A DNA stretch of 64,000 nt, taken from NCBI GenBank assembly GCA_963836235.1, contig CAWIIP010000001.1, positions 128,001-192,000 on the forward strand, given 5' to 3'. Below, piece by piece: positions 1-9,811 of this stretch (positions are counted from its first letter, which is position 1; each line of letters opens with the position of its first letter). This DNA is from an uncultured Pseudomonadota bacterium (lineage in GTDB: Bacteria; Oederibacteriota; Muellerivitia; Muellerivitales; Muellerivitaceae). The translations under genes were made by a program, and so were the position numbers. The notes under the pieces were generated by a model, which saw only the letters and a program-made list of their open reading frames with translations, ran no database searches and was not told the origin of the DNA.

Positions 1-1
1 G

Positions 2-1051
2 AGTTAAAACTTTCGAACGCACTTCCTCAAAAGTACTTTTGTTGGCTTTTTCGGTATCTTCAACCTGGGCAATGTCATAACCGTTTCCCAATTTAACGGG
101 TTTGCTAATTTCCCCTTTTTTTAAACTAAAAAAAACATCCTCTAATTCTTTCGCGTCTTTCAAAGTTCCCCGTTCAATCCAGCCGAACTCGCCACCCTTG
201 CTTTTAGTGCTCTCATCTTGAGAATATTTCTTGGCTAAATCCTCAAACTTTGCTTTCCCCGAAAGAACTTGTTGACGATAACCTTCCAAGATCTTTTGAG
301 AGCCATCCAATTCTTGAGTCGCATTGGTTTGCGATGAAATAAAAATATGGCGGATTTTTACACGTTCGGGATGATCGAATTGGCTTCGGATTTTTTCGTA
401 ATAATCTTTTAAGTCATCTTCTTTTATCGTTACGTTTTTTTCATAAACGGTTTCGTCCATCGATAAGTAAGCGGCTTTAAGGTCCCTGTTCATCAATTCC
501 ATGTAATGATTGGTTTCATCATTGGTGTATAAGACGCCATCCAATAGCGTGGATCGGACTCGTTGCAACAAAATCTGCTTCCGTTCAGAATCTTCGTATT
601 CCGCGACCGTTAATTGGTGGTCCTGCAGAATTTTGTAATATTCATTCTTGTCAAAATTTCCGTTTTTGTCGGCAAAATAGCTTTGATGGCGAATGGTTCC
701 AGCCAACTCCTCATCCGAGACAGTAATACCCAATTTTTGGGCGGTTTGCTCCAATACCACGTCATCGATTAAATTATCCAAAACCTCTTCTTGAAGATGC
801 TTTGTTTCTTCCGGCGTAGGACCCTCGTCTTTTGCGGCGTAAAGCTTATCCAATACTGGCTGATAAGCTTTGTTGAAATCGGCCCGGGTAACTCCGCCAT
901 CACCGACTTGCGCGGCATAAAGATTGGAATCGACCTTTCCCGACATGCTAAATTTCATCCCGAATACAAAAAAGATGCTGCTGACAAATACAACGACTAG
1001 CATCCAAAGGACAACATGCATGGTTCTTTTGTCCCGAAGGGCACGCATCAT
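2..1051 (-). CDS. SurA N-terminal domain / PpiD-like peptidyl-prolyl isomerase (3' end runs off the window)
   Basis: Not in the ORF track because it is truncated. Minus-strand translation gives MMRALRDKRTMHVVLWMLVVVFVSSIFFVFGM (N-terminal anchor) and the rotamase motif KFEDLAKKYSQDESTKSKGGEFGWIERG; GGAGG lies upstream of ATG 1051. Confidence 0.88.
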   Translation of the reverse strand, partial: MMRALRDKRTMHVVLWMLVVVFVSSIFFVFGMKFSMSGKVDSNLYAAQVGDGGVTRADFNKAYQPVLDKLYAAKDEGPTPEETKHLQEEVLDNLIDDVVLEQTAQKLGITVSDEELAGTIRHQSYFADKNGNFDKNEYYKILQDHQLTVAEYEDSERKQILLQRVRSTLLDGVLYTNDETNHYMELMNRDLKAAYLSMDETVYEKNVTIKEDDLKDYYEKIRSQFDHPERVKIRHIFISSQTNATQELDGSQKILEGYRQQVLSGKAKFEDLAKKYSQDESTKSKGGEFGWIERGTLKDAKELEDVFFSLKKGEISKPVKLGNGYDIAQVEDTEKANKSTFEEVRSKVLT

Positions 1052-1460
1052 GAGGAGGCCTCCAAAGCAATTTTATGAATCACAGAAACCTATTAGGTCC
1101 GAATTAAAACGGGCGCATTATATCAATAACTTTCAATGGAACAATGGAATCTCAACACTACTTAACGCGCATGAAAAAATTAGACTTCAAAGACAACCAC
1201 CTAAACCTCTTAAAATATAGTGGTTTAGTGTAGACGCGCTATTATCGCATCCGAGTTTGTGTCTGTGTTAGCTGCGATCCACTCGAAAAAAGCTTTGTTG
1301 AAAATAAGTTGGGAGCTTGTCTATACTGCCGATTAAGCAGCTTAAGGTTGAAAGAATTGTCCAATAGGGCTGGTTTCGTAATAAGGGTAATTTGATGGAT
1401 GGACTGCTGGTTTTAGATATGCTGTTCCCACCGAGTCATAAGTTGAAAGCCAAGGATACA

Positions 1461-3245
1461 ATGAATAGACCGAAATTCTTTGTAAGCATACTTTTTCTAT
1501 CGATCTGGCCCGCATTTTTATTGGCCCAGGATTCAGAAAAAGAGTCGATTTATATCCAGGCTATTCAAGCCAATCCAAATGATGAGAACGCCCATTACAA
1601 TCTAGGCGTTTCTTATCTTAACGAACAAAAGTTTGAACTTGCCATTTCAGAGTTTCAAAAATCTGTTCAATTGAATTCTTCAGATAATTCGGCAAAGGCG
1701 CTTCTTGAGATTTGCGAAGGTAAGGTGGCCCAGTCGAATGAAAACTATCCTTCCGCAATTGAACACTTTCAAAACACCCTAAAATTCGATCCGGGAAACG
1801 CCGACGCGAAACGTTTTTTGAATGTTTGCAACGCAAAAGTTTTTATCGCTGAAAAAAAATATCTGGAAGCCATAACGGTTTTAAAGCAAATGATAGAGGA
1901 AAACCCTCGAGACTTTTGGGCTTATCAGACGCTAGGCGTTATTTATTTCCAATTAAAGGATTATCAAAATGTTGTTGAGTGCTTTAATCAATTAAAAAAC
2001 CACCGGGAAGATCCCCAGATTTATAAACTTCTTGGAATTTCCTATTATCAATTGGGGGATTTTACCAACGCGATTGACCACTACAAAAAATCTATTGCTC
2101 TTGAAGTGTCAAAAGACCCGAAGGATCGAGACGAGAATTCTTTAGGAGACACTTACAATAATTTGGGTCTTGCTTATTACGATAATGCTTCCTATGACGA
2201 TGCCGCAGCCGAATTTGCGGAAGCCTTTAAAATTAATCCCAAGGACTCAAATGCGGCGGTTGCTCAGGGCTCTGCGATTGATTCGGCGGTTAATGCCCAC
2301 ATGCAAAAGGCCAGTAACTTTCTTTTGAACAACCAGTACTCTGCCGCGATTGCTGAATGGCAGAAAGTTTTGAAGTATCAGCCGGACAATAGGCAAGCTC
2401 TAGGTTTTATCGCCGACGCCCAAGGTAAATTGGATACGGAGGTTGAAAGGCATTATATGGCAGGAGAATCATCATATAAAGCTGGGAATTCCGTTGCGGC
2501 TCTCAATGAATGGAATGAAGCGTTGAAAATGGATCCGAACAACGAAAAGGTCTTAAATGCAGTTAATAACATAAAAGTCAAAAATACGGAACGTGTCAAA
2601 GTCCTTTTGGCGGAGGGCGATGAATTTTATCAAGCGAAAAATTATTCAGACGCATACAGCAGTTACTCGAAGGCCAGTAAGATCGCCCCGCATAGTTCTG
2701 CGGTGAAATCTCGTTTGATGAAACTGAAAAAGAACCAAACGAAGGATACGGACGCAGCTTTTATAAAAGCAAAAGAGTACTATTCAAAAAAAGATTTATT
2801 AAATGCTAAAAAATATCTTTTAGAAGCCCAAGAACTTGATCCTAAGGACTATCGAATTGGAGAAAATCTTTTTAAAGTTCAAAAAGATATTAGTAATAAG
2901 GTTAAAGATTTGGACGCGGAGGGTGTTTCGCTTTTTGAGGGTGGGGATAAGGGAAGCGCGGAATCGAAATTCATGGAAGTTCTTCGATTCACGCCGGACG
3001 ACAACACGGCGAACGATTATGTTAAGCGAATGACGGGACAACAAGCACAGGCGAAAGTAGATGCCGAAAAAGTAAAGGAATTGTACTATGATGGTGTTAA
3101 TCTCTACATTAACGGGAAAATCCATGAGGCTATCGCCCAATGGCAAGAGTGCCTTAAAGAAGATTCCAATAATGTTAATGCGCAAAGCAATATTAACAAG
3201 GCAATGGTTAAGCTTCAGTCCATCGAGAAACTTAGCCAAAATTGA
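1461..3245 (+). CDS. Secreted multi-TPR protein
   Basis: Signal peptide MNRPKFF...LLAQ followed by many TPR units (AHYNLGVSY, AYQTLGVIYF, TYNNLGLAYY). ATG 1461 preferred over the track start 1392. Confidence 0.85.
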   Translation: MNRPKFFVSILFLSIWPAFLLAQDSEKESIYIQAIQANPNDENAHYNLGVSYLNEQKFELAISEFQKSVQLNSSDNSAKALLEICEGKVAQSNENYPSAIEHFQNTLKFDPGNADAKRFLNVCNAKVFIAEKKYLEAITVLKQMIEENPRDFWAYQTLGVIYFQLKDYQNVVECFNQLKNHREDPQIYKLLGISYYQLGDFTNAIDHYKKSIALEVSKDPKDRDENSLGDTYNNLGLAYYDNASYDDAAAEFAEAFKINPKDSNAAVAQGSAIDSAVNAHMQKASNFLLNNQYSAAIAEWQKVLKYQPDNRQALGFIADAQGKLDTEVERHYMAGESSYKAGNSVAALNEWNEALKMDPNNEKVLNAVNNIKVKNTERVKVLLAEGDEFYQAKNYSDAYSSYSKASKIAPHSSAVKSRLMKLKKNQTKDTDAAFIKAKEYYSKKDLLNAKKYLLEAQELDPKDYRIGENLFKVQKDISNKVKDLDAEGVSLFEGGDKGSAESKFMEVLRFTPDDNTANDYVKRMTGQQAQAKVDAEKVKELYYDGVNLYINGKIHEAIAQWQECLKEDSNNVNAQSNINKAMVKLQSIEKLSQN

Positions 3246-3287
3246 GGATGCTATTTCCGTCAAGTGGATTTTGCCGATCAAGTAAAC

Positions 3288-3364
<77 letters not shown>

Positions 3365-3378
3365 TTTAATCAAAATCC

Positions 3379-4913
3379 ATGAAAAATTTTTCGATTATTA
3401 GCGGATTAACCATTTTTTTAATTTTGTATTTTTTTATTAAGACGGATTTGTTATTCGCGCAAGTAACCGCCGATGATTCCAGGCCTTTTGGCCAGGGACA
3501 AGTGATTGATTTACCCGGCACCACCGATTATCTAGGTGACATACCACATGAAATCACAGCCATTACCGACCCTCTCCCATATCACACGATTGCCGGACTG
3601 TCCGCGGCACAAGTGGGTTGGGTGTATCCAAACGCCATGAATAACCAGGAAGTTGGTGTCTTTTTTGATGATCTTCCTTATCCATTTCCATCAGCGACTA
3701 TTTTAAATTGGATGCCGGCAACAGGATCATTTGAATTATTAGATTTTCCCGCGGGAGCCTGGTGGGGTCCGGGCGCATCAAAGGGCGCGGTTCAATTACA
3801 ACTCCCCGCATTGCCTGAGAAATCCGAAACTTTTGGCTCCATGTGGGGCGGTAGTGAGGGGGGGGAGGCGGAGCGGGGCAGTATCAGAATGAAATTTTAT
3901 CCGTCAACGGCAATTATCAACATGAAGCTTTGACGGGCGGTAATTCTTCTGACACTTTTAACACGATGTCAAAAATAAATTGGGTAAAAAACGATTCGCT
4001 AAAACTAGAAAGTGGATTTTTAGGTTCCCAATGGCTTTCCAATGACTCTTGGTATTCTTTTTTTACTTCAATCAAGTTAGACGGTTCAAATTTCCAATCC
4101 TTTCAAATCAAACCCTTTTTTCAATCAGCCCAATTAGGTGGGCAAAACGTGAAGGAAATAGGCGGCCATATTCAATATCAATTCAACATGGCTGGATTGT
4201 TTGAAAGCCATTTAATCGGGGGGTGGAGTCGGGATTATTTTGATTCATCTCCGGGTTCAGGCGATGTGAATAAGGAATTTATCCAGAATACGGAAATATT
4301 TGATGCGTTAGGTTTTATCAGCGGTGACCTGGCTTTTCGATGGGATTTTTCAAACGATTCTGAAACTATTTTCAGCACCTTATTAGGGATGCAGGGGAGT
4401 TTGGGTGATTGGTTACTTTTGGGGGACTATTCGAAAGGGACCGACGCGACACTGTTGGAGAATGTCCAACAAGCAGATTTTGGCGTCCGATATCAACCGG
4501 ACGATATTTTGAATTTTAGCTGCAAATATATCCATGAACAGATCGGGACGGCTGTATTAAATGGGGGCAGGATAAAATTTCAATTTGACGATCATTCGCC
4601 ACTATTGATGGTATTCAAAAAAGCGAGGCTTGAATTAACCGAACAACTCCTTCAAGAGCAAGGGGAGGCGTTGATAAATGATGTGGGTGGAAAATTACAA
4701 TTCAGCCTTTTTCAACGGGATAACTTTTGGTTTGAGGGAAGAGACGTATCGAATCAACCGTTTTATAGCGAACTTGGGGCGGATTATTTCCTTAATGATT
4801 ACTTGAAAATTTTCATCACCGTTGCGAATTTGAACAATCTTCCTGTATCGTGGCCTGACCCTAATTCGCTGGAAGGCCGTATATTTTGGTTCGGGATCGA
4901 AATTAAAAGTTGA
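3379..4913 (+). pseudogene. TonB-dependent-receptor-like outer membrane protein, split by a frameshift at a G8 run (3858-3865)
   Basis: ORF 3379-3933 has a signal peptide and a plug-end-like motif WWGPGASKGAVQL. ORF 3930-4913 has alternating beta-strand pattern and the C-terminus EGRIFWFGIEIKS. The second frame is open back to the G run, so one extra G joins them. Confidence 0.65.
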
Positions 4914-4963
4914 GAAACCACGGCGTTCTTAGCGCTCAGTGGTAGAAGGTGCTAACTTAAGAA

Positions 4964-5890
4964 ATGAAAAAAAAATTATTTATTTTTTTTCTGCTGGTTA
5001 TCTTGCCGATTTCCTGTGCTTGGGCCCAAAACCAGGGAATAACTGGCGCGGATATTTTAAAGGTTCCTATTGGAGTCAGGCCTGCCGCTTTAGGCGGGAC
5101 TTACTCCGCTTTTGGCGATGATGTTTATGTGATTGGATATAATCCCGCCGGGCTTGCCCGAGTGTCAAAATATAGTTTGGGAATCGACCATATCCAAGGT
5201 TTTTCGGACGTTCAAATCGAATCCCTGAGTGTCGCTATCCCGACAAAAAATTACGGCAATTTCGGCGCGCAGGTTATTTTTCAACATATGCCAAATATCA
5301 ACAACAGCCTCGCGTCCGACCCCGTTGTTACCGCCGATGATTTTGTGGTGACCTTTGCCGATGCCCAACAATTCGGTAAGGTGGCCATAGGAGGGGCGTT
5401 TAAAACAATTGTTTCGACTTTGGGTAATAAACAGGCTTTTACCCAAGCGATCGACCTTGGATTTAAGATTCAACTTTTGGAAACTGATTTTGCCGCGGTA
5501 GTTCAAAACGTGGGGCCGGCCGTTCAATTTCAACCTGACCCCCAGGGACAGGATCCACTGCCTTTGACTTTTCGCTTGGCGGTTGCCCACCCGCTCATTG
5601 TTTCGCCATCTTCAACACTTCTTGCCAGCGCGGAAGCTTTTAATATCCGGGACGAGGGAAATCAAGCATCGGTGGGAGCTGAATATTGGCACCGGAGTAT
5701 CCTCGCGATTCGCGCTGGTTACCGTTTTAGCGATCAGGACAATTTGAATGGCGGTTTTTCGGCGGGCGCCGCTATTCGTTATAATCTGGGGAAACTCGAG
5801 TATGAGATTGGATATGCTTGGCGCCCAGCCCAAGTTAGCTCTAGTTTTATTGCCGCTTCCAATATATTTGGCCTTCTTTTGTGGTACTGA
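4964..5890 (+). CDS. PorV/PorQ-family (FadL-like) outer membrane beta-barrel
   Basis: Signal peptide; hallmark N-terminal motif LKVPIGVRPAALGGTYSAFGDD...YNPAGLA; amphipathic strands (LAIRAGY, FSAGAAIRY); aromatic C-terminus. Confidence 0.8.
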   Translation: MKKKLFIFFLLVILPISCAWAQNQGITGADILKVPIGVRPAALGGTYSAFGDDVYVIGYNPAGLARVSKYSLGIDHIQGFSDVQIESLSVAIPTKNYGNFGAQVIFQHMPNINNSLASDPVVTADDFVVTFADAQQFGKVAIGGAFKTIVSTLGNKQAFTQAIDLGFKIQLLETDFAAVVQNVGPAVQFQPDPQGQDPLPLTFRLAVAHPLIVSPSSTLLASAEAFNIRDEGNQASVGAEYWHRSILAIRAGYRFSDQDNLNGGFSAGAAIRYNLGKLEYEIGYAWRPAQVSSSFIAASNIFGLLLWY

Positions 5891-5904
5891 TGATTAGACA
5901 AAAC

Positions 5905-5933
5905 TTGACAACCCCATAATCGCTGAATAAACT
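5905..5933 (+). promoter_or_regulatory. Sigma70-type promoter for rplU-rpmA
   Basis: TTGACA-17 bp-TAAACT, 46 bp upstream of the rplU ATG. Confidence 0.7.
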
Positions 5934-5979
5934 CTCTCTTCCTCAAATGTGGGGGTTTGTACTTTTAGGGAGGCTTTTC

Positions 5980-6294
5980 ATGTACGCAGTCATTAAAACC
6001 GGTGGGAAACAATACCGGGTTACAGAGGGTGATGTCATCACGGTTGACCGGCTCGAGGGTAATCCTGGAGATGCCGTTGAATTTGATAAAGTTGTCATGC
6101 TGGAAAATAACGGGCAATTCAAACTTAAGCAAAGCGAAATCAAAAGCACAAAGGTTACTGGAAAGATCGTTGAAAAAACCCAGGGCAAGAAAATCAGGGT
6201 TTTTCGTTACCGCCGCCGCAAAAACACCATGCGGACTAAAGGTTCCAGGCCTAAATATACGACTGTTTCAATCGAGAAGATTTTAATAGCCTAA
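5980..6294 (+). CDS. rplU: 50S ribosomal protein L21
   Basis: [14 protein letters not shown] motif; GGGAGG RBS before ATG 5980. Confidence 0.97.
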   Translation: MYAVIKTGGKQYRVTEGDVITVDRLEGNPGDAVEFDKVVMLENNGQFKLKQSEIKSTKVTGKIVEKTQGKKIRVFRYRRRKNTMRTKGSRPKYTTVSIEKILIA

Positions 6295-6319
6295 ATTAGT
6301 TACTAGAGAGGAAAATTTT

Positions 6320-6580
6320 ATGGGTCAGCATAAAGCCGGGGGGTCAACCCGAAATGGCCGTGATAGCAATAGTCAAAGGCTTGGTATCAAAGCTTTTGGG
6401 GGAAACTTCGTCACGGCGGGAAGCATCTTGATCCGTCAAAGAGGAATGCGGTATAAGCCCGGCCAAAACGTGGGTGTGGGCAAAGACGATACCCTTTTCG
6501 CGAAAATTTCCGGTTTGGTCAGTTTCAGGGAATTTAAAAAGGGATCAAAAATGGTCAATGTGGAACCCAAACAAGCTTGA
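6320..6580 (+). CDS. rpmA: 50S ribosomal protein L27
   Basis: [10 protein letters not shown]...RLGIK...GSILIRQRG...[12 protein letters not shown]. Confidence 0.97.
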   Translation: MGQHKAGGSTRNGRDSNSQRLGIKAFGGNFVTAGSILIRQRGMRYKPGQNVGVGKDDTLFAKISGLVSFREFKKGSKMVNVEPKQA

Positions 6581-6592
6581 GAGTGAGTCGCG

Positions 6593-6623
6593 AAAAAACC
6601 TCGCCCTTGGGCGGGGTTTTTTT
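6593..6623 (+). terminator. Intrinsic terminator-like hairpin between rpmA and obgE
   Basis: AAAAAACCTCGCCC-TT-GGGCGGGG followed by a T run. Confidence 0.65.
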
Positions 6624-6655
6624 GTTTATGGGCCTTTTTCTGAAAGTAAAAATCA

Positions 6656-7951
6656 ATGATCATCGATGAAGTGACAATTACCGTTGAGGCGGGAACCGGG
6701 GGAAATGGTTGCCTTAGTTTTCGACGGGAAAAATATGTCCCGCGCGGCGGACCCGATGGGGGCAATGGCGGGAAAGGCGGGGATGTTTTTCTGGAAGCCC
6801 GGACGGATGTTAATACCCTCGTTGATTTTATCTATCGCCCCCTGTTCAAAGCGGACCACGGAGGGCACGGCAAGGGAAAGAACCAGCACGGAAAAGATAC
6901 TCCTGAAATCACCATCCGTGTTCCCGTGGGCACGTTAGTTTGGAATGAAAACCGGGAACTGGTTGTGGATATGAACGAAGATGGCATGAAATATTTAATC
7001 GCCAAAGGCGGGCGCGGGGGAAGGGGCAACACCACTTTCGCGACCTCGACCCAACAAGCCCCCAAGCTGGCCGAGAGAGGGGAGCCGGGAGAAGTCAAAA
7101 CCCTTCGCTTGGAACTTAAGTTATTGGCGGATGTCGGCATCGTCGGTTTTCCCAACGCCGGAAAATCAACCCTGCTTTCCAGGGTCACTCACGCGCACCC
7201 CAAAATCGCGGATTATCCTTTTACGACATTGGAGCCACAATTAGGAGTGGTGAAATTGTCGGAAGGCCGAAGTTTTGTTTTGGCGGATGTTCCGGGGCTT
7301 ATCGAGGGGGCCAGCCAGGGGAAAGGGCTTGGGATCCGCTTTTTACGTCATCTCGAAAGGACCAAGCTCCTATTACATTTGGTCGATCTATCGAATTTGC
7401 AAAGTTATTCTGAACTCAAAAAAGGCATCAAAACCATTCAAAAAGAATTGAAACAACATAGCCCGAAATTTTTAAAAATACCCCAGCTCATCGTTTTGAC
7501 GAAAATGGATTCGGCCGCTAATAAGGAATTTTCGAATTGGATTCAAAAATTTAAAATTGAAAAAATAAAAGTTATGGCGATTTCCGCGGTCACTGGCGCG
7601 GGATTAAATCCATTATTAGAGGAAACCTGGTCTTTGTTATCGGCCATCAAAAAAGAAATGGCTGAGAAAGATTCCGGTCCGGCAAAAACACTCTATCAAG
7701 CAAAGGTCAGGTTCCAGGTCAAGAAAGACGACAAGGCTTTTTATGTGACTGGAACCGAGATAAAAAAATGGGTGGCGATGACCAATTTCGAGAACCGGGA
7801 CGCCCTGGAACGGTTTCAAAAAATATTGCAAAGGATGGGCGTTGTCCAGGCCTTGAAGAAGCAGGGTGTTCGTGATGGGGCTACGGTTTTTTGCGATAGT
7901 CAGGAATTGATTTTTGGATCAGAGGAATTGAGCCCTTATGATGACCTTTGA
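6656..7951 (+). CDS. obgE: GTPase ObgE/CgtA with C-terminal OCT (DUF1967-type) domain
   Basis: Gly-rich Obg fold FRREKYVPRGGPDGGNGG; GFPNAGKST, YPFTT, DVPGLIEGA, TKMD; position after rplU-rpmA. Confidence 0.97.
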   Translation: MIIDEVTITVEAGTGGNGCLSFRREKYVPRGGPDGGNGGKGGDVFLEARTDVNTLVDFIYRPLFKADHGGHGKGKNQHGKDTPEITIRVPVGTLVWNENRELVVDMNEDGMKYLIAKGGRGGRGNTTFATSTQQAPKLAERGEPGEVKTLRLELKLLADVGIVGFPNAGKSTLLSRVTHAHPKIADYPFTTLEPQLGVVKLSEGRSFVLADVPGLIEGASQGKGLGIRFLRHLERTKLLLHLVDLSNLQSYSELKKGIKTIQKELKQHSPKFLKIPQLIVLTKMDSAANKEFSNWIQKFKIEKIKVMAISAVTGAGLNPLLEETWSLLSAIKKEMAEKDSGPAKTLYQAKVRFQVKKDDKAFYVTGTEIKKWVAMTNFENRDALERFQKILQRMGVVQALKKQGVRDGATVFCDSQELIFGSEELSPYDDL

Positions 7952-9074
7952 CCGTAAAAGTTACATCTCAAAATCCAAACGAGTGGTCATAAAAATCGGC
8001 AGTAGTTTGTTGACCGATTTGAAAAAAAGGGGAATTCGAACCAGGTTTTTGAACCATTTAGCCGCGCAGGTTGAACAGTTAAATAAATCCAAGATCCAAT
8101 GCGTGATCGTCACCTCGGGAGCCATTGCCGCCGGAATGTTTGAGTTGGGTTGGGGAAAAAGACCCAAGGAAATGGCTAAACTGCAGGCGTTAGCGGCGGT
8201 CGGCCAAAGTAGTTTAATGCACCAATATGAATTGGCTTTTAAACGGCGTGGCTTAAAAGTGGCCCAAATTCTTTTGACCAGTGATGATTTATCCCATCGC
8301 GACCGGTATTCAAACGCCCATAACACTTTTATGGAATTGATTTCCCACGGAATTATTCCCGTGGTGAACGAGAATGATTCTGTCGCCGTTGAGGAAATTA
8401 AGTTTGGCGATAACGATACCTTGGGTGTGCTGGTTACCCATTTGTGTGAATCCGATCTGCTTATTTTATTGACCGACACAGATGGATTTTTCAGCGAGGA
8501 CCCGCGTTTGAATCCCAAGGCGCAATTGATTTCGGAAGTCCTAAAACTTGATTCTAAAATGGAAAAAAACGCCAGCCGATCCGTATCCGTTGTTGGAACC
8601 GGCGGTATGCAAACAAAAATTAAAGCGGCAAAAAACATGATGAAGTCCGGCATTCCCATGGTGATCGCGAATGGCAATAAATCGTTTATTTTAAATAAAG
8701 TAATGAAATCCGAAAAAGTGGGGACATTCTTTATACCCTCTAATAAAAAAATGGCGAGCCGGAAACGTTGGCTTGCTTGGAGTGTGAAACCGAAGGGCTC
8801 TATCGTGGTCGATGAAGGCGCCCAAAACGCTTTGGTGAATAAGGATAAAAGTCTTCTGCCGACAGGAATAAAAGATATTCATGGAATTTGGGAAAAGGGA
8901 GAAGTGGTCAGTATTGTCACTTCTGACGGTGTTGAAATCGCGAAAGGGATCGCGAGTTACTCGTCGAAGGACGCGGTGTTGATTAAAGGGCTGAAAACTT
9001 CCGAGATCGAAAAGAAATTGGGCCGTTTCACCACCGAAGAAGTCGTCCATCGGGACAATATGGTTGTGGTTTAA
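7938..9074 (+). CDS. proB: Glutamate 5-kinase with PUA domain
   Basis: VVIKIGSS, VTSGAIAAG, VNENDSV, FGDNDTL, GTGGMQTKI, SLLPTGI, VHRDN. Confidence 0.96.
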   Translation: MMTFDRKSYISKSKRVVIKIGSSLLTDLKKRGIRTRFLNHLAAQVEQLNKSKIQCVIVTSGAIAAGMFELGWGKRPKEMAKLQALAAVGQSSLMHQYELAFKRRGLKVAQILLTSDDLSHRDRYSNAHNTFMELISHGIIPVVNENDSVAVEEIKFGDNDTLGVLVTHLCESDLLILLTDTDGFFSEDPRLNPKAQLISEVLKLDSKMEKNASRSVSVVGTGGMQTKIKAAKNMMKSGIPMVIANGNKSFILNKVMKSEKVGTFFIPSNKKMASRKRWLAWSVKPKGSIVVDEGAQNALVNKDKSLLPTGIKDIHGIWEKGEVVSIVTSDGVEIAKGIASYSSKDAVLIKGLKTSEIEKKLGRFTTEEVVHRDNMVVV

Positions 9075-9223
9075 TTTGAGATATTGTTGGAATAGTCAGA
9101 CATGGAAACGAGCAAAGACGACTAAGGAATATGAGTTTTATTTAAGATTGAAAAACATTAAAATGAATTTGTCGTGCCGATTTTACTGTTAACATATTTG
9201 GATTTTGAGAAGCTCGGTGAGGC

Positions 9224-9796
9224 TTGAAAGTGCAAAAAAAGAACTACTACGAAATCTTCAAGTTATATCCACCCCTTGACTTAAACCAACTTCAAGACAC
9301 CTATAAACAACTGATTTTCGAGCATCATCCGGATAGGAACCCCACCCGTCAGGAATCCGCCATTGAAGAAACCATGGAAATTGTCGAGGCTTACAATATA
9401 TTGAGTGATCCGACAAAACGCGAAATTTACAATTTTCAGATTAGGAATGATATTCGAAAAGAAATAGGGGAACTATTTGGTTTTAAAAAAAGTCTCCTGA
9501 AAATGATGAAATCCAAGGAAGAAATCGAGGCGGAAGAAAACTTCAAGAAGGGAATCGCTTTTTTTGAGGACAAGGAAAACTGGAACCAAGCCCAGCATGA
9601 ATGGGTAAAATGCACAAAACTAATCCCGGGTTTCGTGAACGCTCATTATAATCTTGGTATTGTCTTTGGTTATCAGGGGAATTTTAAAGATTCGGTGGTT
9701 TGCTTTGAGCGGGCCATCAAATACAATCCTGGTGATTATGACGCGAAGAAAACGCTTAGCACGGCCATGGGATATGTCTACGGTAAAAAAGTTTAA
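9224..9796 (+). CDS. J-domain (DnaJ N-terminal) + TPR protein
   Basis: NYYEIF...HHPDRN (HPD intact)...AYNILSDP; C-terminal TPR (AHYNLGIVF). Confidence 0.85.
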   Translation: MKVQKKNYYEIFKLYPPLDLNQLQDTYKQLIFEHHPDRNPTRQESAIEETMEIVEAYNILSDPTKREIYNFQIRNDIRKEIGELFGFKKSLLKMMKSKEEIEAEENFKKGIAFFEDKENWNQAQHEWVKCTKLIPGFVNAHYNLGIVFGYQGNFKDSVVCFERAIKYNPGDYDAKKTLSTAMGYVYGKKV

Positions 9797-9811
9797 GTCA
9801 CTGAGGAGATT

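Noticed and set aside
791-1220. Plus-strand ORFs of 69 and 98 aa
   Set aside because: They overlap the minus-strand PpiD-like gene, which has clear motifs and an RBS.
4967-4975. A-run at the start of the PorV-like gene as a phase-variation tract
   Set aside because: In frame and encodes the usual Lys-rich signal peptide N-region.
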